In this document: positions 38,133 to 47,225 of the stretch, in pieces
How positions within the stretch are numbered: position 1 is the stretch's first letter
Layout: the number at the start of each line of letters is the position of its first letter
Origin: an uncultured Bdellovibrionales bacterium
GTDB taxonomy: Bacteria; Patescibacteriota; Minisyncoccia; Moranbacterales; UBA1568
Assembly (NCBI GenBank): GCA_964624415.1
Contig: CAZUWR010000001.1
Coordinates: 3,855-67,854 of the forward strand
DNA: 64,000 nt
Direction: 5' to 3'
The notes under the pieces: model-generated
The model's database searches: none
Told to the model about the DNA's origin: nothing
Seen by the model: the letters and a program-made list of their open reading frames with translations, nothing else
Position numbers and translations under genes: made by a program

Positions 38133-38219
38133 GATCGTTTGCGATAAGGAAAAAGATTGACACTCGTTTTGATGTGGCGTACGATGGGAGCAGTTCTTTT
38201 TGAGAGGGTAGGTATAGGT

Positions 38220-38876
38220 ATGAAAAGGGTTATTGTAACCTGCGGCCCGCGTGGGGCTGGAAAATCAACGTTTTGTGATGCTGTAGCAGAAGCGTATCCT
38301 CATATACGCATAGTCAGCCGGGATGCGATCTCTTTAGAGCGTTTTGGAACCGTCTGTTTGGATCCACGTTCCGGATTGCAAGAGCGCGTGATGAAGCTGT
38401 CATATGCGGCAGTGCAGAATATTTTATCGGATACGTTTAGTGACAGTTTTATTATCTTCGATTGTTGGAACGGGTTTCCTCAGCAGCGCAGACAGATAGT
38501 GCGCAAACTCAGAAGACTAGGGGCTGAGAGCGTATGGGCATGGTATTTTATAACGCCGGTGGAGGTGTGTTCTGATTGGTTTTGCAAGCGTGAGTCTTTG
38601 GAGTACGGAGCACTGAGTGCAGAAGTTCTCGCGCAAAGATGCGTTGTGGGCTATGATCTGTTTCATGGTCAAGCGTATGATTTGAAGGAACAGTGCGATA
38701 CTTTGCTCGATAATAAGTACGAGGCTGGCTTGCCGCGAAGCTGCTCTGATGATGACGCATTCGATTATGTGCAATGCATCAACCCTGCGCAGAATCTATC
38801 ATTATTATCGGAGGTCTTACTCCCTATGAATCATAGTGGCATAAGCGGTTTTCACGATTATGCCAACATACATTAA
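38220..38876 (+). CDS. P-loop NTPase / kinase-like protein
   Basis: Walker A CGPRGAGKST immediately after the start MKRVIV (the track ORF begins upstream at 38157). Confidence 0.5.
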   Translation: MKRVIVTCGPRGAGKSTFCDAVAEAYPHIRIVSRDAISLERFGTVCLDPRSGLQERVMKLSYAAVQNILSDTFSDSFIIFDCWNGFPQQRRQIVRKLRRLGAESVWAWYFITPVEVCSDWFCKRESLEYGALSAEVLAQRCVVGYDLFHGQAYDLKEQCDTLLDNKYEAGLPRSCSDDDAFDYVQCINPAQNLSLLSEVLLPMNHSGISGFHDYANIH

Positions 38877-38940
38877 TATATAGCTAGAGCACAATGGTGC
38901 CCTAGCTATTTTTTGTAAAAGAGTATCATTTGTAGGGATG

Positions 38941-39108
38941 TTACATTCCCCGAGCAAACTTATACGCGAAGTAGATGCCGGCGATGCCTCCGACACCGCT
39001 CCAAAAGACGGATTCCATCGAGAAAGCGCTACCACCCCACAAAAGAGGGAGGACACTGCCCGCGTAGGTGCCGATCATACCCCCCGTCATAACAATGGTT
39101 TTTTGCAT
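38941..39108 (-). CDS. possible small Gly-zipper membrane protein (55 aa)
   Basis: GGMIGTYAGSVLPLLWGGSAFS...GVGGIAGIYFAYKF; start at the internal ATG; the longer track ORF would overlap the upstream region of the 39260 gene. Confidence 0.25.
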   Translation of the reverse strand: MQKTIVMTGGMIGTYAGSVLPLLWGGSAFSMESVFWSGVGGIAGIYFAYKFARGM

Positions 39109-39259
39109 ATCGCAAGTGTTAATACGTATGCTTTCAGTATAGCGTGATGCGGCTTTTGTGTCTAAAAGATGAGAAAGCGTGAGATTTTTCCCCTGCGGAT
39201 GCGTATGAGACTGTGTGGCAGATACAGAGTCTGGCACGTTAATATAATGTAATACAGAG

Positions 39260-39748
39260 ATGAGTATGAATAAGAAACAAGTAATCATCGCTTTTGTCGG
39301 CGGTGTGTTGGTTTTGGTAGTCGGTGTTGGCGCTGGCTTTTACGGTGGGATGAAGGCATCGTCTAAGCGCAGCGCGTTTGCTGGCATATCACAGAATGAG
39401 GGAGGATATTCTCGCGGTATGATGAATGGTCAGGGCCCTCAACAGGGTCGCCAGTGGAGCAATGATGCCGATGGTCAGCGAGGAGCTGGTCGTCAGGGCG
39501 GTATGATGGGTAATCGCGGCGGTCTGCTGATGGGAGAAATCGTCTCCAAGGATGATAAGAGCTTCAATGTGAAGATGGCGGATGGAAGTTCGAAAATCAT
39601 CTTTTACGCGGATGCGACTACGGTGGGCAAGTCGACACCGGCAACCGCTTCCGATCTTTCGGTCGGGCAGCAGGTGAGGATCAATGGTCAGGATAATGCC
39701 GATGGCAGTGTCCTCGCACAGAATATCCAGATTACGCAGGGACAGTAA
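39260..39748 (+). CDS. secreted Gly/Met/Gln-rich protein with C-terminal DUF5666-like domain
   Basis: signal peptide; low-complexity GMMNGQGPQQGRQ region; C-terminal SFNVKMADGSSKIIFYADATTV...LSVGQQVRINGQ resembles the 25907 gene. Confidence 0.45.
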   Translation: MSMNKKQVIIAFVGGVLVLVVGVGAGFYGGMKASSKRSAFAGISQNEGGYSRGMMNGQGPQQGRQWSNDADGQRGAGRQGGMMGNRGGLLMGEIVSKDDKSFNVKMADGSSKIIFYADATTVGKSTPATASDLSVGQQVRINGQDNADGSVLAQNIQITQGQ

Positions 39749-39787
39749 TTGTATTCCCGCTCTCCATTTGGAGTGTAGAGAATAACC

Positions 39788-39818
39788 AAAAAACCACCTT
39801 TTCGGAGCGTGGTTTTTT
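39788..39818. terminator. bidirectional terminator
   Basis: AAAAACCAC / GTGGTTTTTT stem around an 11-nt loop, between convergent genes. Confidence 0.5.
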
Positions 39819-39826
39819 GGTGTAGT

Positions 39827-40660
39827 TTATTTGTCGGATTCCGATTCAATGAGATTTATCGGTTCTATGTCGTGACGAAACTCAAGCGCTGCCAGTGTTG
39901 TTTTATCAAACTTCGTTACCGCTCCAATAGCATTGCGCAATTTTTTTCTTCGTAAAGTAAGACTATTAAATTGTTCTTCGGTTAGATCTCCATTTGAATT
40001 CCATTGTCTCAGAGATTCTCCGGGTGTTATTTTACTCAGAGTTTGTATTTGTGTAGTAATACTGTTAAGAAGAGGCTTTACTTCTTCTCGGATCGATCTG
40101 GCGAGTTCGATATTTGTTTGCTCTCGAGCTATCACATCGTCGAGGTTTGTGGATCCGAAAATTTGCTCCGCTTCAGTGAGTACGTTTTCTAAATGAGTAA
40201 TAGCAAGCTCGATGCTTTCTGCGTCGATATTTTCGTTTGGCAATTCCGTCTCTTGTGATACTTTTTGAGATAATTCATTCGTTTTTTTATCGATATTTTT
40301 AGCAATATCTGTCCATGACTCAGTGGTTTCATCATACTCAGATATATTTTCTGCACTGCACGGATAGCCAGTCTCCAATGTTCCTACATAGTATGCGACA
40401 TCAATACAGGTTTGCGCCGATTGAGTTTCTAAATAATCGCCTTTGCGTTTGTAGGTATATTGTGAAGCATCGCCGGCTTCGTCTACGGTCGCAACTTCGT
40501 AAAGATACACGCCTTTTTCATCTTCAAGCGTGCGCAACACTTCGAAATTTTCTTGACCGATAAGACTTTCCATCTTTACTTTGATTTCCTCCAAAGAGGG
40601 GATGTGAGGTTCTGTTTCGATGTTTGGCGTTGGGTTTTCAAAAGGATTTCCAAAAGACAT
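39827..40660 (-). CDS. hypothetical acidic cytoplasmic protein
   Basis: 277 aa, AT-rich; no family recognised. Confidence 0.45.
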   Translation of the reverse strand: MSFGNPFENPTPNIETEPHIPSLEEIKVKMESLIGQENFEVLRTLEDEKGVYLYEVATVDEAGDASQYTYKRKGDYLETQSAQTCIDVAYYVGTLETGYPCSAENISEYDETTESWTDIAKNIDKKTNELSQKVSQETELPNENIDAESIELAITHLENVLTEAEQIFGSTNLDDVIAREQTNIELARSIREEVKPLLNSITTQIQTLSKITPGESLRQWNSNGDLTEEQFNSLTLRRKKLRNAIGAVTKFDKTTLAALEFRHDIEPINLIESESDK

Positions 40661-40880
40661 AGGCGTATATGGAAGGAAGTTATGCGAGAGGGAAGCGACT
40701 TAAACTTAGCTATGAAGCATGATAAAAGCGACAAGCTTGGGTACCCAGAACTTGGTCGTGGCCAAAAGCCCAATACCGAGGATGATGAGAACAAGCAGAA
40801 TGATCTGCAAGGTGCTCGGATGCGCGTGCTCGCAGTTTTCTTGTTGGCAGTTGAGGTGCATAGAGGTTATTGTTAGTTTT

Positions 40881-41552
40881 TTAAAGCCTAATTCTTGCTA
40901 ATTTTTTTAATTTTTGACCTATAACACTGAATGAGATGTTTAAATTTAAGTCTTTTATGTGTTGTTTGGCGTCATTAATTGGCTTCATTGGCTTATAATC
41001 AGCGATATATTGTCTTTGCATAAAAGCGTCGTCAAATATCTTTGTTCTTTGAAAAAAATCATTAATTTTTTCTTCCGCATTTCCAGGTGAGTCAATAAAC
41101 TCTTTTGTATAGTCAGCAAAAATTCTGTATTTATTGGCCCTTATTTGCTCTTCGTTTTTCTGAAAAAACGTTTTATTATATCTTATCGCCTCATCAATTA
41201 GTGCACATTTATTATAGAAATCGGTTATTGTATCCCATTCATCCCTATCGAAATCTTTGATAAATTGGTACTTATATTTACTCCAACTTTCTGTTTGCAT
41301 TGGATATATATTTTCTAATAGGAATGACGGTTCTTGATCAAGAGTGTCCTTGATTATTCTTAATGTTTTTTCCGCACTTCTTAATTCATAAAAGATAGTA
41401 TTTGCTGCTGCTCTTTTGTGATCACCTTGCTGTATGCGATAGAGTAAAAAAATTCCTAATCCTACAATAGCAACAAAGAAATTCGAGTCAAAAAATCGGA
41501 TTAAGACTGTAAATAATTCTGAATGAAGAATACTGGAAAGTACTTGAACCAT
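40881..41552 (-). CDS. hypothetical membrane-anchored protein, very AT-rich
   Basis: 223 aa with an N-terminal TM helix; Lys/Asp/Phe/Tyr-rich. Confidence 0.4.
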   Translation of the reverse strand: MVQVLSSILHSELFTVLIRFFDSNFFVAIVGLGIFLLYRIQQGDHKRAAANTIFYELRSAEKTLRIIKDTLDQEPSFLLENIYPMQTESWSKYKYQFIKDFDRDEWDTITDFYNKCALIDEAIRYNKTFFQKNEEQIRANKYRIFADYTKEFIDSPGNAEEKINDFFQRTKIFDDAFMQRQYIADYKPMKPINDAKQHIKDLNLNISFSVIGQKLKKLARIRL

Positions 41553-41609
41553 TTTATAGAATCATAGTGTTTATGGTTTGTTGGTGTTTACACACAAGGA
41601 TATTGTTGT

Positions 41610-41680
41610 TGGGGAGGAAGGGATCGAACCTTCGCATGGGGGCTTCAAAGGCCCCTGCCTTACCGCTTGGCTACTCCCCA
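41610..41680 (-). tRNA. tRNA-Gln (anticodon UUG)
   Basis: 71-nt cloverleaf on the minus strand: acceptor TGGGGAG/CTCCCCA with U1-A72; T arm GAAGG-TTCGATC-CCTTC; anticodon stem GGGGC/GCCCC with loop CUUUGAA; 3-bp D stem as in bacterial tRNA-Gln; CCA not encoded. Confidence 0.8.
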
Positions 41681-41707
41681 ATAATGACTTTTTCTCTTAT
41701 AGACAAA

Positions 41708-41734
41708 GATCCTTCGACTACGCTCAGGATGACA
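41708..41734 (+). repeat. dispersed 27-nt repeat, copy 1
   Basis: GATCCTTCGACTACGCTCAGGATGACA between dnaX and tRNA-Gln; identical copy at 59189..59215 and a 20/21 inverted copy at 51643..51663. Confidence 0.6.
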
Positions 41735-41843
41735 ATCATGAGTTTTTTGTAAATATTCAGAGAAGAGACTCTGAAACGACCTGCCCGAAATGCAACGCAT
41801 AACTTTGCAGGCGGGGTTCAGAATAACATCCTCATTTCAAAAA

Positions 41844-43508
41844 TCAGGCGACGATCTCACCACCGAGAATGCTCATCGCTTCGGTCAAAATCGGGCTGAT
41901 CGGAGCTTGCGCGACGGGTGCTGATTGAGGTGTCGCGCTCTCGTCCAAGACCACTTTGATCTTTGTTTTTGACTCTAAAATTGTATCAAAAGCGCTCTCT
42001 ACTGTCAATTTGTTCTCGACGGCATTGATTTTGTCTTTGTACATCGGGAACTTGGCGCCGAGCACGACACTACCGCCATCGCCGATATACAAGGGTCTGC
42101 AATTGCCGAGAGTGAGGGCGAGCGAGGAGTTGAGCTCGCGCACTTTGGCGATGATAGATTGCCAGTGGTCTTTGACCGTGTCTATGCTTACGGCAGCTGT
42201 TTCTGTGGGTGCAGTTGTTGGTATGACCGGTTCGGCGGCTGGCGAGGTGAGGGGTTGTGTGCCGATTACATAGGGGGCTGCGGGTTCTTTAACAAGCGAT
42301 GCTTGAGTAAGTGTTGTTTGTTGTTTGTTGTTTGTTGTTAATTGTTGACTGTTCTCCGTTTTCTGTTTATTGTTCACTGTTTGCTGTTGATTGCTCACGG
42401 ACTCAGGCACAAGAAACTTGACCACAGCGATTTCGAGCGGGAACTGGGCGATGGAGGCAATACGGATTTCTTTGCGCGCCGATGAGAAGAGATCGATGAG
42501 CGTGATGATCCCGGAGGTGGTGAGGCTTTCCGCACAAGCGGTGAGCGTATCGATGTGCTCTCGCGTCATTTCGAGGGCGAGGGTGTCGGCAAGGGTGCGG
42601 TCGACACTGATAAGAAGCATCTGCCGAAGCGAGTGTAGGAGGGAATTGACGAAGATATACAGATCGGCACCAGTTTCCACCAGTTGATTGATAAGGGCGA
42701 TAGCATTTTCCATCTCCCCGTGCGTGAGATGCGCCAGAAGCGTATCGACTTTTTGTTGATCGGTGATGCCGAGTATGGAGGAGACTTCGTCGGTCGTGAT
42801 AGTTTTGTCTTCGAGACTGATGACCTGCGTGAGGAGGGATTCGGCATCGCGCATACCACCCTCGGCGGCAAGGGCGATCATCTCGAGCGCAGGCTTGTCG
42901 ATAGCTACTCCCTCGCTTGCAGCGATACCGGCGAGCTTTTCGATGATATGATCGAGCGGAAGGCGTGAGAAATCGAAGCGCTGGCAGCGGGAAAGGATGG
43001 TCTCGGGGACTTTGTGTAAAGAGGTGGTAGCGAGAATGAAGATGACATGCTTGGGTGGCTCCTCGAGTGTCTTAAGGAGCGCGTTGAAAGCGCCGATGGA
43101 GAGCATATGTACTTCATCGATGATATAGACCTTGAAGGGCGCTTGTGTTGGGAGGAGTTTGATAGAGTCGCGCAGTTCGCGAATATTGTCCACGCCGGTA
43201 TTGGAAGCGGCATCGATTTCAATTACATCAAGCGAGCTTCCGCTCGCCATAGCGAGGCAGTGAGCGCACTGAAGACAGGGTTCCACACCTTTCCGATCAA
43301 GACAGGTGACTGCTTTTGCCAAAAGCCTGGCAGTGGTGGTTTTACCGGTACCGCGCGGCCCCGTAAAGAGATAAGCCTGGCCGAGGCGATCGTTTTTGAG
43401 GGCATTGGTGATGGTTTTGATGATATGGGTTTGCCCGATGACATCGGAAAATTGTTGCGGGCGGTATTTGCGGTACAGTGTATTGGTAGACATAAGGAAT
43501 AGGGTCAA
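41844..43508 (-). CDS. dnaX: DNA polymerase III subunit gamma/tau
   Basis: YRPQQFSDVIGQ, Walker A GPRGTGKTT and zinc module CLQCAHC; start may instead be MSTNT at 43493. Confidence 0.85.
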   Translation of the reverse strand: MTLFLMSTNTLYRKYRPQQFSDVIGQTHIIKTITNALKNDRLGQAYLFTGPRGTGKTTTARLLAKAVTCLDRKGVEPCLQCAHCLAMASGSSLDVIEIDAASNTGVDNIRELRDSIKLLPTQAPFKVYIIDEVHMLSIGAFNALLKTLEEPPKHVIFILATTSLHKVPETILSRCQRFDFSRLPLDHIIEKLAGIAASEGVAIDKPALEMIALAAEGGMRDAESLLTQVISLEDKTITTDEVSSILGITDQQKVDTLLAHLTHGEMENAIALINQLVETGADLYIFVNSLLHSLRQMLLISVDRTLADTLALEMTREHIDTLTACAESLTTSGIITLIDLFSSARKEIRIASIAQFPLEIAVVKFLVPESVSNQQQTVNNKQKTENSQQLTTNNKQQTTLTQASLVKEPAAPYVIGTQPLTSPAAEPVIPTTAPTETAAVSIDTVKDHWQSIIAKVRELNSSLALTLGNCRPLYIGDGGSVVLGAKFPMYKDKINAVENKLTVESAFDTILESKTKIKVVLDESATPQSAPVAQAPISPILTEAMSILGGEIVA

Positions 43509-43592
43509 AAATCAAAGCATATACACCTAGTATAGCATATGCAAAACCTCCCTGTTCAGGAGGCTTTGTAGAAAGATGATATGTCTGCGCTC

Positions 43593-44201
43593 TTATCGTT
43601 TGAATACCCAGAGTTTGTACCCGATGAAGTTCCAGGTCAGGACGAGTATGGAAGCGGTGGCGGAAGCGATGGAAGCCCAGGCTTTGTCGGTGATATTTCC
43701 GGGAGAGGTGACGATGTTGATCATTATCCAGGTGATACCGGCATTGATAACGAGGCCGACGATACTGACGAGCCAGAATTGGAGCACTTCTTTGCTCTTC
43801 GCCTCGCCTTGTTTTTCAAATGACCAGTACTTGTTCCAGATAAAGCTATTGATGATAGCAGCATTGACCGAGACGATTTTGAATCCGAGTATCGCGTTTC
43901 CGGTCGCGATATCCGTCATATAGATGAAAACATTGAAAATACCCAAATCAATAATGGTATTGGTCACGCCGATGATGCCGAATTTGCTGAGTTGGAAAAA
44001 AAACCTGAGGCGGTTGATGCGAGAGGCGATGAAATACGCGAGACTGATGCCGAGTGTGGCGAGAAGCGCGATGATAAAAACGAAAGCGAGATAGGGGATA
44101 GGAATTTTTGATCCGAGATTGGTGATGATGATAGGAGCTAAAAGTCCGATAAAGGCGCCGTTGATAGCGGCGAATGACAGGTCACGGAGGCGTAGGGTCA
44201 T
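43593..44201 (-). CDS. GtrA-family membrane protein
   Basis: FGIIGVTNTIIDLGIFNVF GtrA-like motif; 4-6 TM helices. Confidence 0.45.
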   Translation of the reverse strand: MTLRLRDLSFAAINGAFIGLLAPIIITNLGSKIPIPYLAFVFIIALLATLGISLAYFIASRINRLRFFFQLSKFGIIGVTNTIIDLGIFNVFIYMTDIATGNAILGFKIVSVNAAIINSFIWNKYWSFEKQGEAKSKEVLQFWLVSIVGLVINAGITWIMINIVTSPGNITDKAWASIASATASILVLTWNFIGYKLWVFKR

Positions 44202-44259
44202 AGCGGTGAGGGTAAGTGTGATGAGTTAGGGATGAGGATGAGAGTGATGTGCTGTATTA

Positions 44260-45075
44260 CTATTCGCTTTTTTTCATTTCATTTTCGATTTCTTCAAGAT
44301 CCTTGACCCACTCATCGACGACCGCCTGCTTGTCTTCATCAGGAGCAGCTTCTTTGGCTTTGGATTTCTTGGCTGGTTTGGCTTTTTCTTCTGTTTCTTC
44401 TGGGTCGGTGGCTTCCGTATGAGTCGGCGCATCATCGTGCAAGTCTTCTTTCCACGCATGCATATCTTGCGGAGCAGCGTGCTCTCGAGGAGGCATCCAA
44501 TGCGACATTTTTTGGCTGCCTTTCTGGAGGATGTTTTCGATCGATGCCCAGGTGGCCTCGGTATCGCGCGGGAAGACGATAGCGACTTCATCGCCCGGCT
44601 CGCCCTTGAAATATGTGACGGATGCGAGAAGGACTTTGTATGGCCGTCCATCAGCGAGGATGCAGTAGTTGCCGTTTTCATCCTGACTGATGATACCCAA
44701 AGCGTGCTTGCGCTCGACTGGGCCGATCTGCTTGTAGATGAAAGAACCTTCGGGAGTGATGGTCAATTTGAGTACATCGCCTTCGATGAGTTTTGATTTG
44801 GAAGCGTAGTTGGCAGGGACAGGGTATTGCTTGCCATCGGTACCGAGCATGATCTGCCCGTCAAACATGCCTTCAACGACGGTGCCATCGGTCACTTCTT
44901 CTACCTTTCGTTTGCGACCGACTTTCTTCTTGCCTTCAATCTGAAGCAGCATGGCCTTGGCGCCCTGTATGGTTTTTTCCGCGCTGTTGATCATATCGCG
45001 CAGAGCCTGAATTTTTTGAGTAGCCTCTTTTTCTTTGGTTTCCGCGTCTTGAGGCGCATCGTTGTGTTGTATCAT
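44260..45075 (-). CDS. hypothetical protein with N-terminal coiled coil and acidic/Lys-rich C-terminus
   Basis: 271 aa; no family recognised; preceded by a minus-strand TGCTATACT promoter element at about 45150. Confidence 0.45.
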   Translation of the reverse strand: MIQHNDAPQDAETKEKEATQKIQALRDMINSAEKTIQGAKAMLLQIEGKKKVGRKRKVEEVTDGTVVEGMFDGQIMLGTDGKQYPVPANYASKSKLIEGDVLKLTITPEGSFIYKQIGPVERKHALGIISQDENGNYCILADGRPYKVLLASVTYFKGEPGDEVAIVFPRDTEATWASIENILQKGSQKMSHWMPPREHAAPQDMHAWKEDLHDDAPTHTEATDPEETEEKAKPAKKSKAKEAAPDEDKQAVVDEWVKDLEEIENEMKKSE

Positions 45076-45247
45076 CTTGTTTGCGGCGAATCACTTTTCA
45101 TTTCTCTAAAGTATGAAAAGCGTCTGCTTTTTTATTTTTATTTTACATATTCAGTATAGCATATTCTCTCTCAAGCGAGCAAGAGAATTTTAGTATAGAG
45201 TTTGCGACGGTAAATTTTGTAATGTATAGTGAAGTTAATTATTTATT

Positions 45248-47218
45248 ATGAATTATATGTATACACGAAGAGTATTATTGGCAGGCATCGGAGTATGTGT
45301 AGGTCTGTTTATTCTGGCGTGGTTTTGGGTAGCTCGATCGATATTTTTTCGCTCTACCGATATGACTATTCCTACGCAGAACATCTCTTCAGTTCACGTA
45401 CCTTCCTCAACGAAGGATGTAGAAAATATAACGGTGCCTGTTGGTGAATCCTCTGCATACGCACCTCCGGAAATGAAAACCTTCACAGAGTTTTCCAAGG
45501 ACGATATCCGTAAGGGGCAAGTGACATGGCAGGAACCTCAGGATATGGGTGATTTGGGGTGGACCTCTCACGATGTGTATACTGGAAAATATCAGAGTAA
45601 GAATGGGTATGCTTACTCCGGGGGTGTTAAATATTTGAAAGTTGGTACAGTGAAAGAGGGGATGTACACCGGGTCTGAAGTCATCGTCGTTTTTTCTTGG
45701 CTCTACACCGGAGATTTTCCAAGGGGTGAGTCGCCTGATATTCAGCATTACTTACGAAAAGATGGTAAGGTAACGCTGCTTACACATGCTGCTACGGCTA
45801 ATGGAGTCGAAGTTCCTTTGCCGACTTCAGATGTTAAGGCTGATGATTCCTCTCAAGATGATGATGCAAAAGCATTAATCCTGAAAGCTTCGAATGAAGT
45901 TGTTGATAATGAAACAAGAATTGAGGATTTAGCTCTGTATCCAACCGAATTCCAGGGTAGGAATAGCCGTGAAACATTTGTTAATAATGGGTATGCTGAT
46001 AGAGCGGTTTTTTCAAGTAAGGGTCTTAAGCTAGCGTTTGAAAGTTTGGAATTTGGACAGGTGTGGATGACGGATACGTCGTTCAAGGGAGAAATCCGCA
46101 CAGAGTTAAATAGTTATCAGGGTCGCGTGTATGATTCTAAGCCAGATAAAGATGGTAAAGACACTTTTAAAAGAGTAAAGAAGTATTACGATCCAGTTGT
46201 ATCGGGTGGATTTTATCTGAAACGTCCGGATGGTATTATGGAGGCGTACCGTTTGAAGTTCGATATTTTCGATATATTTGATCGACAAGGTGTACTCCAG
46301 GCGACATGGAATGATGGCTCAAAGAACACAACTTCGTATGAAGAATATCCGGGAGGATGTGGTATGACGGAGTATGTGTACGATAAGACAAACAGTGTCA
46401 GTATTAAAAAGGATTTAGTGATAATCGGAAAGACGGAGCAAGGAGATCTTTTGTATGGGTATAGGGAAAGCAATTCTGCATTGAAAAAGTATTTTGATGA
46501 AACATACTTACCGTCCCTTGGCAGGCAATCAAGTGCGGATTTGGGCATGGACAGAAATCAGCTTTGGAAAGAATTTCTGCAGAAGCGCCCAATAGTGTTG
46601 TGGCAGGATTCTTTTGGCCGCTTACTGGCGTTCTATAATACTGATACCATACCTTTGGCTGAATGCGGTAAACCGGTAGTATATCTGTACCCGGAAAAGA
46701 GTGCGGATGTTTCGGTAAGAGTCTTTCCGAGCGAAGGTGTGAGTGTTTCTGATCCTGCTTACAATGATGGTTGGGATGTTGTGGCGCAGCCAGATGGTAC
46801 CCTTATGAATAAGATGGATGGAAAAAATTACCCCTATCTATTTTGGGAAGGCGGAAGTGATACGCTTTACCAGACTCCTGAACAAGGATTTGTGGCTGCA
46901 AAAGAAGATCTGAGTGTATTTTTTGATGAGAAATTAAGCCAGCTTGGACTCTCAGCTAAAGAATCATCTGATTTCAAAGAATTTTGGATTCCGAAGATGA
47001 CCGAGAAAAGTAAGCCTTACTATTTCATTACTTTTCTTTCTCGTGCACAAATTGATAGATTGGCTCCTCTTGCAATAAATCCGAAGCCAGATACGATTAT
47101 CCGTGTCATGATGGATTATGAAGGACTGGATTCGTGGAAGGCTGTGCCGGGTTATGCTATCAAAACACCGAAGAGAGAAGGGTTTACCGCGGTTGAATGG
47201 GGGGGAAGAATGAAATAA
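45248..47218 (+). CDS. hypothetical large membrane-anchored extracytoplasmic protein
   Basis: 656 aa with a single N-terminal TM helix; 8 nt upstream of the Memo/CapA-like gene (likely an operon). Confidence 0.5.
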   Translation: MNYMYTRRVLLAGIGVCVGLFILAWFWVARSIFFRSTDMTIPTQNISSVHVPSSTKDVENITVPVGESSAYAPPEMKTFTEFSKDDIRKGQVTWQEPQDMGDLGWTSHDVYTGKYQSKNGYAYSGGVKYLKVGTVKEGMYTGSEVIVVFSWLYTGDFPRGESPDIQHYLRKDGKVTLLTHAATANGVEVPLPTSDVKADDSSQDDDAKALILKASNEVVDNETRIEDLALYPTEFQGRNSRETFVNNGYADRAVFSSKGLKLAFESLEFGQVWMTDTSFKGEIRTELNSYQGRVYDSKPDKDGKDTFKRVKKYYDPVVSGGFYLKRPDGIMEAYRLKFDIFDIFDRQGVLQATWNDGSKNTTSYEEYPGGCGMTEYVYDKTNSVSIKKDLVIIGKTEQGDLLYGYRESNSALKKYFDETYLPSLGRQSSADLGMDRNQLWKEFLQKRPIVLWQDSFGRLLAFYNTDTIPLAECGKPVVYLYPEKSADVSVRVFPSEGVSVSDPAYNDGWDVVAQPDGTLMNKMDGKNYPYLFWEGGSDTLYQTPEQGFVAAKEDLSVFFDEKLSQLGLSAKESSDFKEFWIPKMTEKSKPYYFITFLSRAQIDRLAPLAINPKPDTIIRVMMDYEGLDSWKAVPGYAIKTPKREGFTAVEWGGRMK

Positions 47219-47225
47219 AGCGGAT

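Noticed and set aside
41567-41802. ORF-track frames 41567..41752 and 41578..41802 (+)
   Set aside because: They overlap the well-formed minus-strand tRNA-Gln and the dispersed repeat. They have no SD and are translation artefacts of a non-coding region.
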